Shown in pieces: positions 28,172 through 37,519 of a DNA stretch of 64,000 bases. The notes beneath the pieces are model-generated. The model was given only the letters and a program-made list of their open reading frames with translations, did not search any database and was not told where the DNA came from. The translations under genes and the position numbers were made by a program. Source of the stretch: Candidatus Bathyarchaeia archaeon (GTDB lineage: Archaea > Thermoproteota > Bathyarchaeia > Bathyarchaeales > Bathycorpusculaceae); contig JBEKOM010000007.1 in NCBI GenBank assembly GCA_049521795.1, positions 1-64,000 on the forward strand, read 5' to 3'. The stretch's first letter is position 1. The number at the start of each line of letters is the position of its first letter.

Positions 28172-28290
28172 TATTCCACCTCCAGTTTCCTCATTCCTTC
28201 TTACACTCTTTGCTTGCATACTTAAAAATATGTGACTGTAAGGGCGCGCTTCACCCCGAACCAAACGTTCTAGAAAGCCGTGCTGATTAT

Positions 28291-28929
28291 CTAGCCGTCG
28301 AGCTGTGGAATTCGCCGAGCCAGTTCGACCCAGTTTTCAGCAACGATCTTTCTTATTAGCGGTTTGAGACCAGCAAAAACCTGTGGCGGCATAAGAGTCA
28401 TCCAACCCTTTGTAATTACAACCCTGTCATCAAGGCTAAGCAAGGGGAACAGCCACTCAACTAGAGTTGGGAATCTTTCAGGCGGCACTTTTTTTGACAT
28501 GAGGCCAACAATGGAGGCCTGTTCGCTCTCTGTTGTTCGTTCTCTCAGGATCGGATACAGATGAGCGTCTTCTTTGTCCAAATGAATTCTCAGATGCGAA
28601 GCTAGGACTGCTGTCGCCCTCGCTGTTGTCAGAGGATCAGGTGCTCTTCGCATTGCTTCCAGCCCACTAACCATGGTGTCAAGCTCACGGTGATCCATGA
28701 AGTAAGCCTCCGCCACAAGAGGGGTTACATTGTCAACAGCGGGAAAAACCGCCGCCTCCTCGCCCCTAGCGTGATAGTCCAAAATCTCGCCCATAATATG
28801 AAGTCGATCCAAAACGGCAGTTAGATCCCCGCCACTACGTGCTATTTTGAAGACTGAATCATCAATCTGGAAAATATCACGACGAAACGCATTATGAATA
28901 GAGCGCACTATGTCAATCGGTCCAGACAA
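28291..28929 (-). CDS. Hemerythrin-like (HHE) domain protein
   Basis: HNAFRRD, HARGEE..VFP, DHREL, HLDKED..LYP. Confidence 0.88.
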   Translation of the reverse strand: MSGPIDIVRSIHNAFRRDIFQIDDSVFKIARSGGDLTAVLDRLHIMGEILDYHARGEEAAVFPAVDNVTPLVAEAYFMDHRELDTMVSGLEAMRRAPDPLTTARATAVLASHLRIHLDKEDAHLYPILRERTTESEQASIVGLMSKKVPPERFPTLVEWLFPLLSLDDRVVITKGWMTLMPPQVFAGLKPLIRKIVAENWVELARRIPQLDG

Positions 28930-29580
28930 AGATTCACACCCACATTTGAAAAGTCACGTCGAGTATAAAGATATGTTGCTGTAGTTCCACAGTCAGAAAA
29001 ATCGAATTTTTCTTAGTCTCAGGTTTGGGGTAAAGTTTTATCCAACCAACCAACCATTACGGACGACGACGGACGACGACGGGCCAACGACGGACGACGG
29101 AAACGATAAACGCACGACGGAGGATGGAAGGGAGGATGGAACAAAAGTGCTTTTCAACGTTAAGAAATGTATATCTTAAGCTCTTCTTAAGACGTACATT
29201 TCACAAACAGGGATGGACGGTGCTCTTACTTCATGTGCGAAAGTGTAAGAGAATTGAGTAAAAGGCTTTATGCCACTTGCCAATGAACTTCTGCCGATAG
29301 GAATGTGTCGCGCGCGCTTGAAGTCTATCTGGGATATGACCAAGAAGCACAAGATCAAGCAATGGAGATCAGTGAATGATTTCGCGCGCTAAAATTGCTG
29401 AAGCATCTTGCGCGCGCTAAAAGTCTACGGAGAGCAAATAGAGCATTTGAATCCAGAAGAGCTTGCCAATCTAGTCAAGATCTGCGGTTTTCTTATGCAG
29501 ACCAAAGTCTACCTATTCTGGAAGACCTGCGATAGGTAGTTTCCCGACCTCAGATACAACGTGTGCGGTCGCTCTTTGCT

Positions 29581-29754
29581 CTAGTCTATCTCGCCAGACC
29601 CCTCACATCTTGGGCAGGTAACTTCTCCAGAACCGCCACAACGACTGCATTGCTTTGTGTGGTCACTAAGCAAATCGACCTTCTCACCATATCCGCTGCA
29701 GCTCTTGCAGCTGACAGTCCCTTTGCCATCACAGCGAGGGCATGTTCTGACCAT
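29581..29754 (-). CDS. Stand-alone DnaJ-type CxxCxGxG zinc-finger protein (57 aa)
   Basis: MVRTCPRCDGKGTVSCKSCSGYG...CSRCGGSG..TCPRCEGSGEID*, with GGTGA SD. Below ORF-track cutoff. Confidence 0.85.
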   Translation of the reverse strand: MVRTCPRCDGKGTVSCKSCSGYGEKVDLLSDHTKQCSRCGGSGEVTCPRCEGSGEID

Positions 29755-29901
29755 TATCGTTCACCATGTCTACATTGGCATGCAGTATAACTGCATTTAT
29801 GATTTTCTATATTCCCAAGTATTGAGCTAGACACGTGGAAGAGCAGACATCAACGACCGATAGCGTGCGCGTTAACTTGACCAACTCTCTTTTCGGTAGC
29901 G

Positions 29902-30954
29902 CTAGCTGGTCAGTTCCTTGATTTTCTTGAAAATGTCTTGAGCATAAATCTTTGTTCCGCAATGATCACATCCAGTTTCATTTCCTTCACTTGGCATATT
30001 GACGGGTCCATTACAATGAGGACACCTCAGCGTTGTCAATACCATTCCTCCTTTCTCCATCAACGATCTAAGTGAAGAGAAATCCAGCACAATCGACTTT
30101 TTCTCCTTCTGTAGGATAATCTTGTCTCTAAAGTCCTTCTTAATAGATGACCCACCATCATATGTGTACTTCACATTGTCCGCATAGACATACACATTAT
30201 CGGATCCGTTGATGGCAAAATCCTGAATGGATTGCAGCGCAAATTCCCTCTCTGGCTTGATAGATTTGACTTCGGATAACTGGAGAGCAAAATCCAGCGC
30301 ATTTGGCATTGATCCATCCTTCTTCGCAAAAAACTCTCTTTTCAAAACAGCAAGCCTCTGATTGGTGAGAACATATATGCATTCGCCAGAATAGAATAGA
30401 TCGCCCTCGCCCTCATTTGCGGTCTTCACTATGTATTCTCCAGCTTTCAAGGCCACTTGGTCTCTCCATGGTGGAGGTGGCGGTCTAATGATCGTGCCGG
30501 GCGCACGCGGAGCAAGTCCATTCTCTTGTTTGTAGGCAGTTTCGAGGCTTTCGGCCAGCCTCTCTTCTGAAAAATCAGCAAAGGAAAGGCGTATTTCGTC
30601 AAACTTGCTGGTCTCACTATGAGGCCAGATCCGTATGAAGTCAGCGTGAATGTCCAATGGGATAATACTCGTTTCTCCAGGACCTAAGTCTGCTGTCCAA
30701 GAATTTTCCTTGTTCTTCCAGAACCGCAGATCTTCCCTCTTGTAGTTAAACTCGTAAATCTTGAGTTTGTAGCCAACTCCTTTGCAGAATTCGTTACAGA
30801 CTTTCTTGATGGTTCGACTGTATTGTCTGATCGCTTGGTTTTTCTTCTCGATCTCTTGTACCACTTTCTCTTCTTTTTCTCTTTCAAGCCTCTGCGCGTC
30901 TTCTTTGAGATTTCTGAGGCGGTCCCGAAAGCTCATTTCTTTCACTTCCATCAT
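29902..30954 (-). CDS. Hypothetical protein: coiled coil, Pro-rich linker, PH-like domain, C-terminal Zn ribbon
   Basis: Charged N-terminal helix, PPPPPW, YVLTNQRL (bPH-like), CPHC...CDHC. Confidence 0.7.
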   Translation of the reverse strand: MMEVKEMSFRDRLRNLKEDAQRLEREKEEKVVQEIEKKNQAIRQYSRTIKKVCNEFCKGVGYKLKIYEFNYKREDLRFWKNKENSWTADLGPGETSIIPLDIHADFIRIWPHSETSKFDEIRLSFADFSEERLAESLETAYKQENGLAPRAPGTIIRPPPPPWRDQVALKAGEYIVKTANEGEGDLFYSGECIYVLTNQRLAVLKREFFAKKDGSMPNALDFALQLSEVKSIKPEREFALQSIQDFAINGSDNVYVYADNVKYTYDGGSSIKKDFRDKIILQKEKKSIVLDFSSLRSLMEKGGMVLTTLRCPHCNGPVNMPSEGNETGCDHCGTKIYAQDIFKKIKELTS

Positions 30955-31126
30955 TCACGATATTCGACTGACGACTTATTTATTGTTAATGGAGGAGTTC
31001 AAAGCGCAGCGCGCGGTGCGCGCGCGATACCTGTCCACCAACCGTCCGTCGTGGTCGTCGTCGTCCGTCGTTGGTTGGGGTAAAGTTTTATCCTTACTCA
31101 GTGCACTTGTCGGGTAGGGATTTCAA

Positions 31127-31822
31127 GTGACCATGGAGATTTTTCCGTTTTCTCTTGGGTTTAATGATTGTTACGTTGTCCAGGATCAAGGCGTCATAAT
31201 GATTGATGCTGGTGTGCCTGGTAAAAAAACTGATTTCGTAAGAGCGATGAAGAATATTCGAATGGAACCCCAAGACATCAAGCTAATTGTTATTACGCAT
31301 GGGCACCCAGACCACATGGGTTCTGCCAAGGACATAAAAGAAATCACGGGAGCTAGAATCGCTATGCATCAACTGGACAAGGTGTGCCTCGAAACTGGAA
31401 CATGGAATACCACGGGACACAGGCTCAAGGGCACAGGTTTTTGGAGCTCGATAGCTGCAGGAATATCCAATTCATTTGTCGACCTGCGCCATTCCAAAGT
31501 TGCCGCTTGCGACGTAGAAGTCACCATTGATGACACAGGTGCGGACTTGGCAAATTATGGAATTCATGGGCAAGTGGTCTACACTCCTGGACACGCCGTA
31601 GGGTCACTTAGTGTGCTCTTGGATTCAGGAGAGGCTTTTGTCGGAGATCTTGCGATGAACAAGCTTCCGTTGAGACACAATCCAGGGCTACCGGTCTTAG
31701 CCGACGACATGGAGAAGGTAAGGGAAAGCTGGAGAAAATTGTTGAAACTCGGTGTTACAACGGTCTACCCTGGACATGGAAAACCCTTCTCAGTGGAAGT
31801 CATAGAAAAGGTTTTGAAGTAG
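31127..31822 (+). CDS. MBL-fold metallo-hydrolase
   Basis: IDAG, THGHPDHMG, TPGH, GD, PGHG. Confidence 0.92.
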   Translation: MTMEIFPFSLGFNDCYVVQDQGVIMIDAGVPGKKTDFVRAMKNIRMEPQDIKLIVITHGHPDHMGSAKDIKEITGARIAMHQLDKVCLETGTWNTTGHRLKGTGFWSSIAAGISNSFVDLRHSKVAACDVEVTIDDTGADLANYGIHGQVVYTPGHAVGSLSVLLDSGEAFVGDLAMNKLPLRHNPGLPVLADDMEKVRESWRKLLKLGVTTVYPGHGKPFSVEVIEKVLK

Positions 31823-32019
31823 CGCGCGCTTCGAGGGGTCGTGTGGAATCCAAATCGTATGAAGAATGTTGATGTGCTCTCCGTTTTTGGTCCTGGAAAC
31901 CCGCTGCCGTTCTTAGGCTCAATATTTCGGGTCAGTTCTGGCAATTCATAACGTTTTAGTGGCTCTGGCTCAGAAGTGAGTGCAGCGTTCGACGCGTTTG
32001 ACGAGAGAACCGTGATGGC

Positions 32020-32220
32020 ATGTTAAAAGTCAAAGTTAGCGGGAATTTCTTGAAGAAGCTTGTGAAGATCAGTTGCATAGTTCAGCTTGCAAACGCGTTC
32101 ATGGACTATTTTCTGTGGGTGACTGTTGGCTACCACGTTCCCTCTTGGACGCTTGCCACTTTAGTCGTCGGGTACAGTGTTCTGTTGTTGTCGTATGATA
32201 GACTGATATCCGAGGCTTAG
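32020..32220 (+). CDS. Small membrane protein
   Basis: 66 aa with two hydrophobic segments. Confidence 0.45.
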   Translation: MLKVKVSGNFLKKLVKISCIVQLANAFMDYFLWVTVGYHVPSWTLATLVVGYSVLLLSYDRLISEA

Positions 32221-32641
32221 CCTGCGGAGTTTCCGTCCGATTCTACTGACATGAAACCGCTCCAACTAGCATCTTTTACTAGTGGGCACGTTGCGGTCAG
32301 CTTGCCTTTCGTGCATCAAAACTGTTCTTAGGTGTTCGCGTTGCTGGAGAAGTTCCTCACTTAGCTTTAACAACTTCTTTGCTACAGATGGAGCACAAAT
32401 CGCAGTCCAGTATTTGAATGAGTTCGCAGGGCTCTAATTCGCGTCCACACCTATCGCAGAAGATCTTTCTAACCATGCATGTCATCAACCCAAACCGTCT
32501 GACAGGGACACTGAACAATCTTGGACGCCACGTTAAAAAGGCATATTCCCAAGCCGCAACATCTGAGTCAACATGGCCTCGTCATGTCTGAGTCAAATAG
32601 AAGATTGTTCCATAAGCTATAAGTGATCAAAACTGTACTAA

Positions 32642-32780
32642 GGAATGTAAATGAGGGAAATGGTCTGTCACTTCGATGGGAGAAAGGAGAGAAGGGAGCA
32701 GAAATTAATTCTTCCATTTCCCTCATTCACTTCCGCTACTTCATGCATATCTTGCTTTTAAATTTTTTGTCTGTTTTTTG
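32642..32780 (+). ncRNA. Candidate structured small RNA (terminal stem)
   Basis: 14-bp perfect inverted repeat 32650-32663/32714-32727, extendable to ~21 bp. TATA-like CTATAAG ~25 bp upstream and T-tract downstream. Confidence 0.35.
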
Positions 32781-32904
32781 AATTCTATTCTCAAAAAAAT
32801 GACAAGAAAGTGCTTTTAGCTCATGGTTTGCCCGGTTTCTTGTTTGAATTTCTCCTTTTCCATGAAAAATGCGTGTAGGCCATGCTTAAGACGGCCACGT
32901 AATC

Positions 32905-33462
32905 CTAACTGAATTCTCGTAGTATCTGCTCAACTGTCATTGTCTTCGCGTTGTAGATTTCTTTCAAGTATTTGAGTCCTTGTTCATGGTCTTCCTGGGT
33001 GAAGGCTTCGACTCCGTCTTCTGCGACTGTGATCTTGTATCCTCTGAAGAAAGCGTCCGCAGCTGTGTGTCTGACACATATGTTCGTGTGCAAGCCTGTG
33101 AGGATCACGGTCTTGACTCCTTCTCCGTGGTACAAGCCTCTCAGCAGCATGTCTAAGCCAGTTTCGTGGAAGCCGCTGTACGTTCTCTTTTCGACGACAT
33201 AATCCTTCTTGGTGGGTCTCAGCGCCGGAATCACTTCTGCTCCAGCAGTGCCCTTTATAGCGTGTTTTCCCCACTTCGCAACGACCTCCTCATCTAGGGG
33301 AAGATGCGCATCGTTGCTATAGATAATTGGCACTCCGTGTTTGCGGGCGGCCACGATAAGTCTTCTCAGGTCTGGAATTATGTGCAACGCTCTCTCGCAC
33401 TTTAAGTCTCCAGTGACGAAGTCGTTGAGCATGTCAAGAACTATTACGGTTTTTCTGTCCAA
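32905..33462 (-). CDS. Isochorismatase-family cysteine hydrolase
   Basis: DMLNDF, EKRTYSGF, GLHTNICVRHTA. Confidence 0.92.
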   Translation of the reverse strand: MDRKTVIVLDMLNDFVTGDLKCERALHIIPDLRRLIVAARKHGVPIIYSNDAHLPLDEEVVAKWGKHAIKGTAGAEVIPALRPTKKDYVVEKRTYSGFHETGLDMLLRGLYHGEGVKTVILTGLHTNICVRHTAADAFFRGYKITVAEDGVEAFTQEDHEQGLKYLKEIYNAKTMTVEQILREFS

Positions 33463-33522
33463 TAGAATCGTGCTCCTGAAACCATCTGAATGAAAAGGGA
33501 CGAAAAATAGTTTATGGTAGAC

Positions 33523-34596
33523 TCATCTTGCAGTCTCCAAACTGTAGAACCCATCAGTGAACTTCTCCGACACGCGTTGCTTCACAAGCACGCTGTCTTC
33601 GATTCGGACGCCTCCGAAACCTGGAATGTATATGCCCGGTTCGTCCGTTACTACGTTTCCCACGGCTAGCCTGTCCTTGCTGATCGGAGACAACCCTGGG
33701 CCTTCGTGAACCTCCAACCCTACTCCGTGACCCAATCCATGGTTGAAATACTCACCGTAACCTGCATCCTCTATTATCTTGCGGGCCGCTTGATCTACGT
33801 CTTTTCCTCGTGCTTTGGCCCTTATTGCCCGATAAGCCTCTTCTTCGGCTGCCTTCACGACCTCGTAGAGTTTCTCCTGCTTGTCTGATGGTTCGCCAGC
33901 GACGAAGGTCCTTGTCATGTCAGAACAGTAATACTCGTAAATTGCCCCGATGTCAACGACTACCAGATCGCCCTTGCGGATTTTTCTCTCAGCGCAGCCA
34001 CCGTGAGGGTATGCAGAGCGAATGCCCGAGGCCACGATCGTGTCAAACGCTGTTCCGTAGCCTCCTTTCTTCCGCATTGCGTACTCGATTTCGGCTGCGA
34101 CCTCGACCTCAGTCACGTCAGGCTTTATTGTTTCGTAAGCGGCTTTCATGCCTGCGACGGTTATTTCCCCAGCCTTTCGCATGCGGCTGAGTTCCTCGTT
34201 GTCCTTTACCTTACGCAGTCCGCGGACGAGGTCTCCTTGAGCTTTCAGTCTTGCGTGTCCACGAATGGCTTTTGCTAGGAGACGGTGGAGTTCGTAGCTG
34301 AGCGCGTCTGACGCGAGTTTCTTGACTTTCAACGCCTTGAGACCTGGGCCGATTTTCTCACCGAGTTTTTGGCCTCGTTTGAGGAGCTCAACCTCGAACC
34401 CTTTCGCTTCTGCCTTTGTCTGCTCGTAGTTGACGCCGTACACGTAGATCGTGTTTTCCCCTTTCTTCGGAATCACAAGGCACATTGCGCCGGGGGTTCC
34501 AGTTAAATACAGCAGATTAGACTCGTCTGCCACAAGAAATGCATCAAAATCTTTCTTTTCAAAGGCTAGTTCTTTAAGAGCATCGATCCTCTTCAA
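33523..34596 (-). CDS. Xaa-Pro aminopeptidase (M24B)
   Basis: [40 protein letters not shown]. Confidence 0.93.
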   Translation of the reverse strand: MKRIDALKELAFEKKDFDAFLVADESNLLYLTGTPGAMCLVIPKKGENTIYVYGVNYEQTKAEAKGFEVELLKRGQKLGEKIGPGLKALKVKKLASDALSYELHRLLAKAIRGHARLKAQGDLVRGLRKVKDNEELSRMRKAGEITVAGMKAAYETIKPDVTEVEVAAEIEYAMRKKGGYGTAFDTIVASGIRSAYPHGGCAERKIRKGDLVVVDIGAIYEYYCSDMTRTFVAGEPSDKQEKLYEVVKAAEEEAYRAIRAKARGKDVDQAARKIIEDAGYGEYFNHGLGHGVGLEVHEGPGLSPISKDRLAVGNVVTDEPGIYIPGFGGVRIEDSVLVKQRVSEKFTDGFYSLETAR

Positions 34597-34659
34597 TGGT
34601 GCTCACCGCTATGAAAGAATCTCTTACTACAGGTTCTTGGCTAAAATGCTTTGCTCTTC

Positions 34660-34950
34660 TCAGCCGCCGCTGACCACCGGCATCAAGATAACGTGATCCC
34701 CGTTTTTGAGTTTAGTTTCAACGCCCTTTAGCTGGTTAAGGAGGAACCCGTTCACAGTGGCCATGAAGTTTGATTTCACGTCTGCGCCGCCAGATTCGTA
34801 GACAGCTTTCTTGAAGGGCTCCCCGTATTTTCCAGACAGCAACCCAAGCAGGTCGGCGATTGACGAGTCGTTTCTCATCTCAATTTCCTCTTGCCTCTTG
34901 TCGCCAGTCAGGTTCTTGATGTGTCCGAGGTATTCAACCTTGACTTTCAA
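34660..34950 (-). CDS. MoaD/SAMP ubiquitin-like sulfur carrier
   Basis: Beta-grasp pattern ending LKNGDHVILMPVVSGG. Confidence 0.9.
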   Translation of the reverse strand: MKVKVEYLGHIKNLTGDKRQEEIEMRNDSSIADLLGLLSGKYGEPFKKAVYESGGADVKSNFMATVNGFLLNQLKGVETKLKNGDHVILMPVVSGG

Positions 34951-35286
34951 CGCTGGACACCGATCTCTTCTATGCAATCCTAGAGTCAATATCGTTATAT
35001 ATTCGTTTCAGTCGTCGCCTCGCAGAGAGGTCGTGCGCAAAAGACCGCATTCAAAGACAAGCGACGGCCCCCTCCATCTTCCCAAGCCAAGTTGAACTTC
35101 TGACTTGAGAGCCTTCACCATAGGTGGGTAGATGAAATGGGAGGGAAACCGCCGAACACAGATATACGAGGAACATCTCAAGATACTTACCGTTAGCTGG
35201 GGTTCTTCTTTCGTCCATCAGGAACGTTCATTTAAACAATTCTTTTATGTTTGCCGAATAGTCTAGTTTCTAGGTGCCTTCGATTG

Positions 35287-36966
35287 ATGTTCAACAAGAA
35301 GAAACTGAATGACATTCAAAAACAGATGGAAAACTGGGAGAAGAAAACCGTCGTGAAGAGTTTCGACAGGCTTCCAGAAAGAGGCGAGTTGTCAACAGAC
35401 TCAGGAATCCCTGTCAATAGACTCTACACTCCAATTGACGTGGCAGAATTCGATTACATGAAACAGCAAGGTTTTCCAGGACAGTATCCGCTTACGCGTG
35501 GTGTCTACCCAACGATGTACCGAGCCCGCTTTTGGACCATGCGGCAGTATGCGGGTTTTGGTACGGCTGAACATACAAACAAGCGTTTCAGGTACTTGCT
35601 GGAACACGGACAAACTGGGTTGAGCGTTGCTTTCGACTTTCCCACGCAGGTTGGATACGACTGTGACCATCCCATGGCGCTCGGCGAGGTCGGAAAGGTC
35701 GGAGTCAGCGTGAGCACGCTGAGAGACATGGAGGTCCTCTTTAACCGAATCCCGCTTGACAAGGTAACAACGTCGATGACGATCAACGCCCCTGCAAATG
35801 TACTGCTTGCAATGTATGCCGCCGTAGGGGTCGAACAGGGTGTTAAACAATCGCTGCTTGGCGGTACAGTTCAGAACGATGTTCTGAAGGAATACGTGGC
35901 CCGAGGCATGTACATATTTCCGCCGAAACCTTCGATGCGAATGATTACGGACATCTTCGTTTACTGTAGCCAGAACATGCCGCAGTGGAACACCATAAGC
36001 GTGAGCGGCTATCACATACGCGAAGCCGGCTCCACTGCTGTTCAGGAAGTTGCTTTCACGTTGGCAAACGCCATTGCCTATGTACAGGCAGCCATTGACC
36101 GAGGCTTGGACGTGGACAAGTTTGCTGGAAGGTTGTCCTTCTTCTTCGCGGCCCACAGCAACTTCTTCGAAGAAGTTGCCAAGTTCAGGGCAGCACGCCG
36201 GCTGTGGGCGAAGATCATGCGAGAACGATTCAAAGCCAAGAATCTCAACTCGTGGATGCTTCGTTTCCACACTCAGACATCTGGAGTTTCACTCACGGCT
36301 CAGCAACCGTACAACAACGTTGTGCGCGTGGCGTTGCAGGCTTTGTCAGCAGTTCTGGGAGGAACTCAGTCTCTGCACACCAACTCGTTCGATGAAGCTT
36401 ATGCTTTGCCCAGTGAGCATGCTGTGACGGTTGCCTTGAGGACCCAGCAGATAATCGCCTATGAGAGCGGAGTCGTAGATACTGTTGACCCCTTGGCTGG
36501 TTCGTATTACATTGAGTACATGACGAATGAAATCGAAGAGAGGGCACGAAAGTACATTGACAGAATTGACAGTATGGGCGGCGCGGTCGCTGCGATTGAG
36601 AAGGGTTTCATGCAGCGTGAGATCACCGAGAGCGCTTATCGCTTCCAGAAGGAAGTCGAGGCCAAGAAGAGAATTGTTGTCGGCGTGAATGACTTCATCG
36701 GCGAAGAACAGGTTCCGATCAAGACCTTGCAGGTGGATCCGATTGTAGAAAAGACTCTTGTCGAACGGTTAAAGGAGATAAAAAACAAGAGAAACCAGTC
36801 GAAGGTTAGCGGGGCCCTAGACAGGTTGCGCGTTGCGGCTGAACGCGAAAACGAGAGTCTGATGCCCTTCATGCTTGAGGCCGTCAAGGAATATGCAACT
36901 TTAGGCGAAATATGCGACGCGCTACGCGAAGTTTTCGGTGAGTATAAACCGCCTTCCATCTTTTAG
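35287..36966 (+). CDS. Methylmalonyl-CoA mutase, large (substrate-binding) subunit
   Basis: [42 protein letters not shown]. No B12-binding domain in this ORF. Confidence 0.93.
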   Translation: MFNKKKLNDIQKQMENWEKKTVVKSFDRLPERGELSTDSGIPVNRLYTPIDVAEFDYMKQQGFPGQYPLTRGVYPTMYRARFWTMRQYAGFGTAEHTNKRFRYLLEHGQTGLSVAFDFPTQVGYDCDHPMALGEVGKVGVSVSTLRDMEVLFNRIPLDKVTTSMTINAPANVLLAMYAAVGVEQGVKQSLLGGTVQNDVLKEYVARGMYIFPPKPSMRMITDIFVYCSQNMPQWNTISVSGYHIREAGSTAVQEVAFTLANAIAYVQAAIDRGLDVDKFAGRLSFFFAAHSNFFEEVAKFRAARRLWAKIMRERFKAKNLNSWMLRFHTQTSGVSLTAQQPYNNVVRVALQALSAVLGGTQSLHTNSFDEAYALPSEHAVTVALRTQQIIAYESGVVDTVDPLAGSYYIEYMTNEIEERARKYIDRIDSMGGAVAAIEKGFMQREITESAYRFQKEVEAKKRIVVGVNDFIGEEQVPIKTLQVDPIVEKTLVERLKEIKNKRNQSKVSGALDRLRVAAERENESLMPFMLEAVKEYATLGEICDALREVFGEYKPPSIF

Positions 36967-37517
36967 CCGACCAAGAGAAGCGGCTCTCCCTCGCTCACTG
37001 AGGAGCCATCAGAAACGTAGATTTCTTTCACCGCGCCGGCCTTGGACGCGGTTATTTCGTTTTCCATTTTCATGGCTTCGATGACACAGAGCACTTGGCC
37101 CGCCTTGACTTCGTCGCCCTTCTTCACGTTAACCTTAACTATCTTGCCCGTCATCGGCGCGGTTATGCCGCCTTCAACAGCCTGTCTGTTTGCAGCTGCT
37201 CTCTTTGTCGGCGTTGCCACAACCGGCTCAAACGCAGTTAGAGAAGCTTTTCTCGCAGGCACTTTGACCTCGGCTTTGAACGTTGCTTCCTCAACTCTCA
37301 CCGAGAACTCTTTCCCGCGATCTATTCTGGGCAATTCGACGTGGTAGTTCTTGTTATCTACTTTCAGAGTGAACGGTTTTTCGAAGTCCGGTGCGCTGGT
37401 CACGAATTCGACGCTGCGAGTCTTGCCGTCCACTCTGATACTGAAAGAGCTTTGGCCAGTTCTTGTCACCTCGACCTTTTTGGGCTTGTCGTCAATGAAA
37501 ACTTCGAGCTCTGGCAT
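36963..37517 (-). CDS. Biotin carboxyl carrier protein (1.3S-like)
   Basis: [16 protein letters not shown]. Confidence 0.92.
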   Translation of the reverse strand: MPELEVFIDDKPKKVEVTRTGQSSFSIRVDGKTRSVEFVTSAPDFEKPFTLKVDNKNYHVELPRIDRGKEFSVRVEEATFKAEVKVPARKASLTAFEPVVATPTKRAAANRQAVEGGITAPMTGKIVKVNVKKGDEVKAGQVLCVIEAMKMENEITASKAGAVKEIYVSDGSSVSEGEPLLLVG

Positions 37518-37519
37518 CC

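Larger units (their letters stand above)
29027..31093. mobile_element. Candidate non-autonomous element: 17-19 bp direct repeats, inverted AACCAAC/(GAC)n ends, 2 cargo genes
   Basis: TTGGGGTAAAGTTTTATCC at 29025-29043 and 31075-31093. GAC tract at 29044-29120 and its reverse complement at 31036-31076. Confidence 0.55.

Noticed and set aside
29044-29120. GAC tracts as coding sequence (also ORFs 52345-52527, 52399-52608, 52455-52649, 30782-31117)
   Set aside because: Copies differ by non-triplet indels, have no SD, and translate to low-complexity sequence in all frames.
35401-36270. Long antisense or alternative-frame ORFs (also 9714-10418, 25558-26070, 26086-26658, 50950-51675)
   Set aside because: Shadows of well-conserved genes on the opposite strand, with no motifs or SD.
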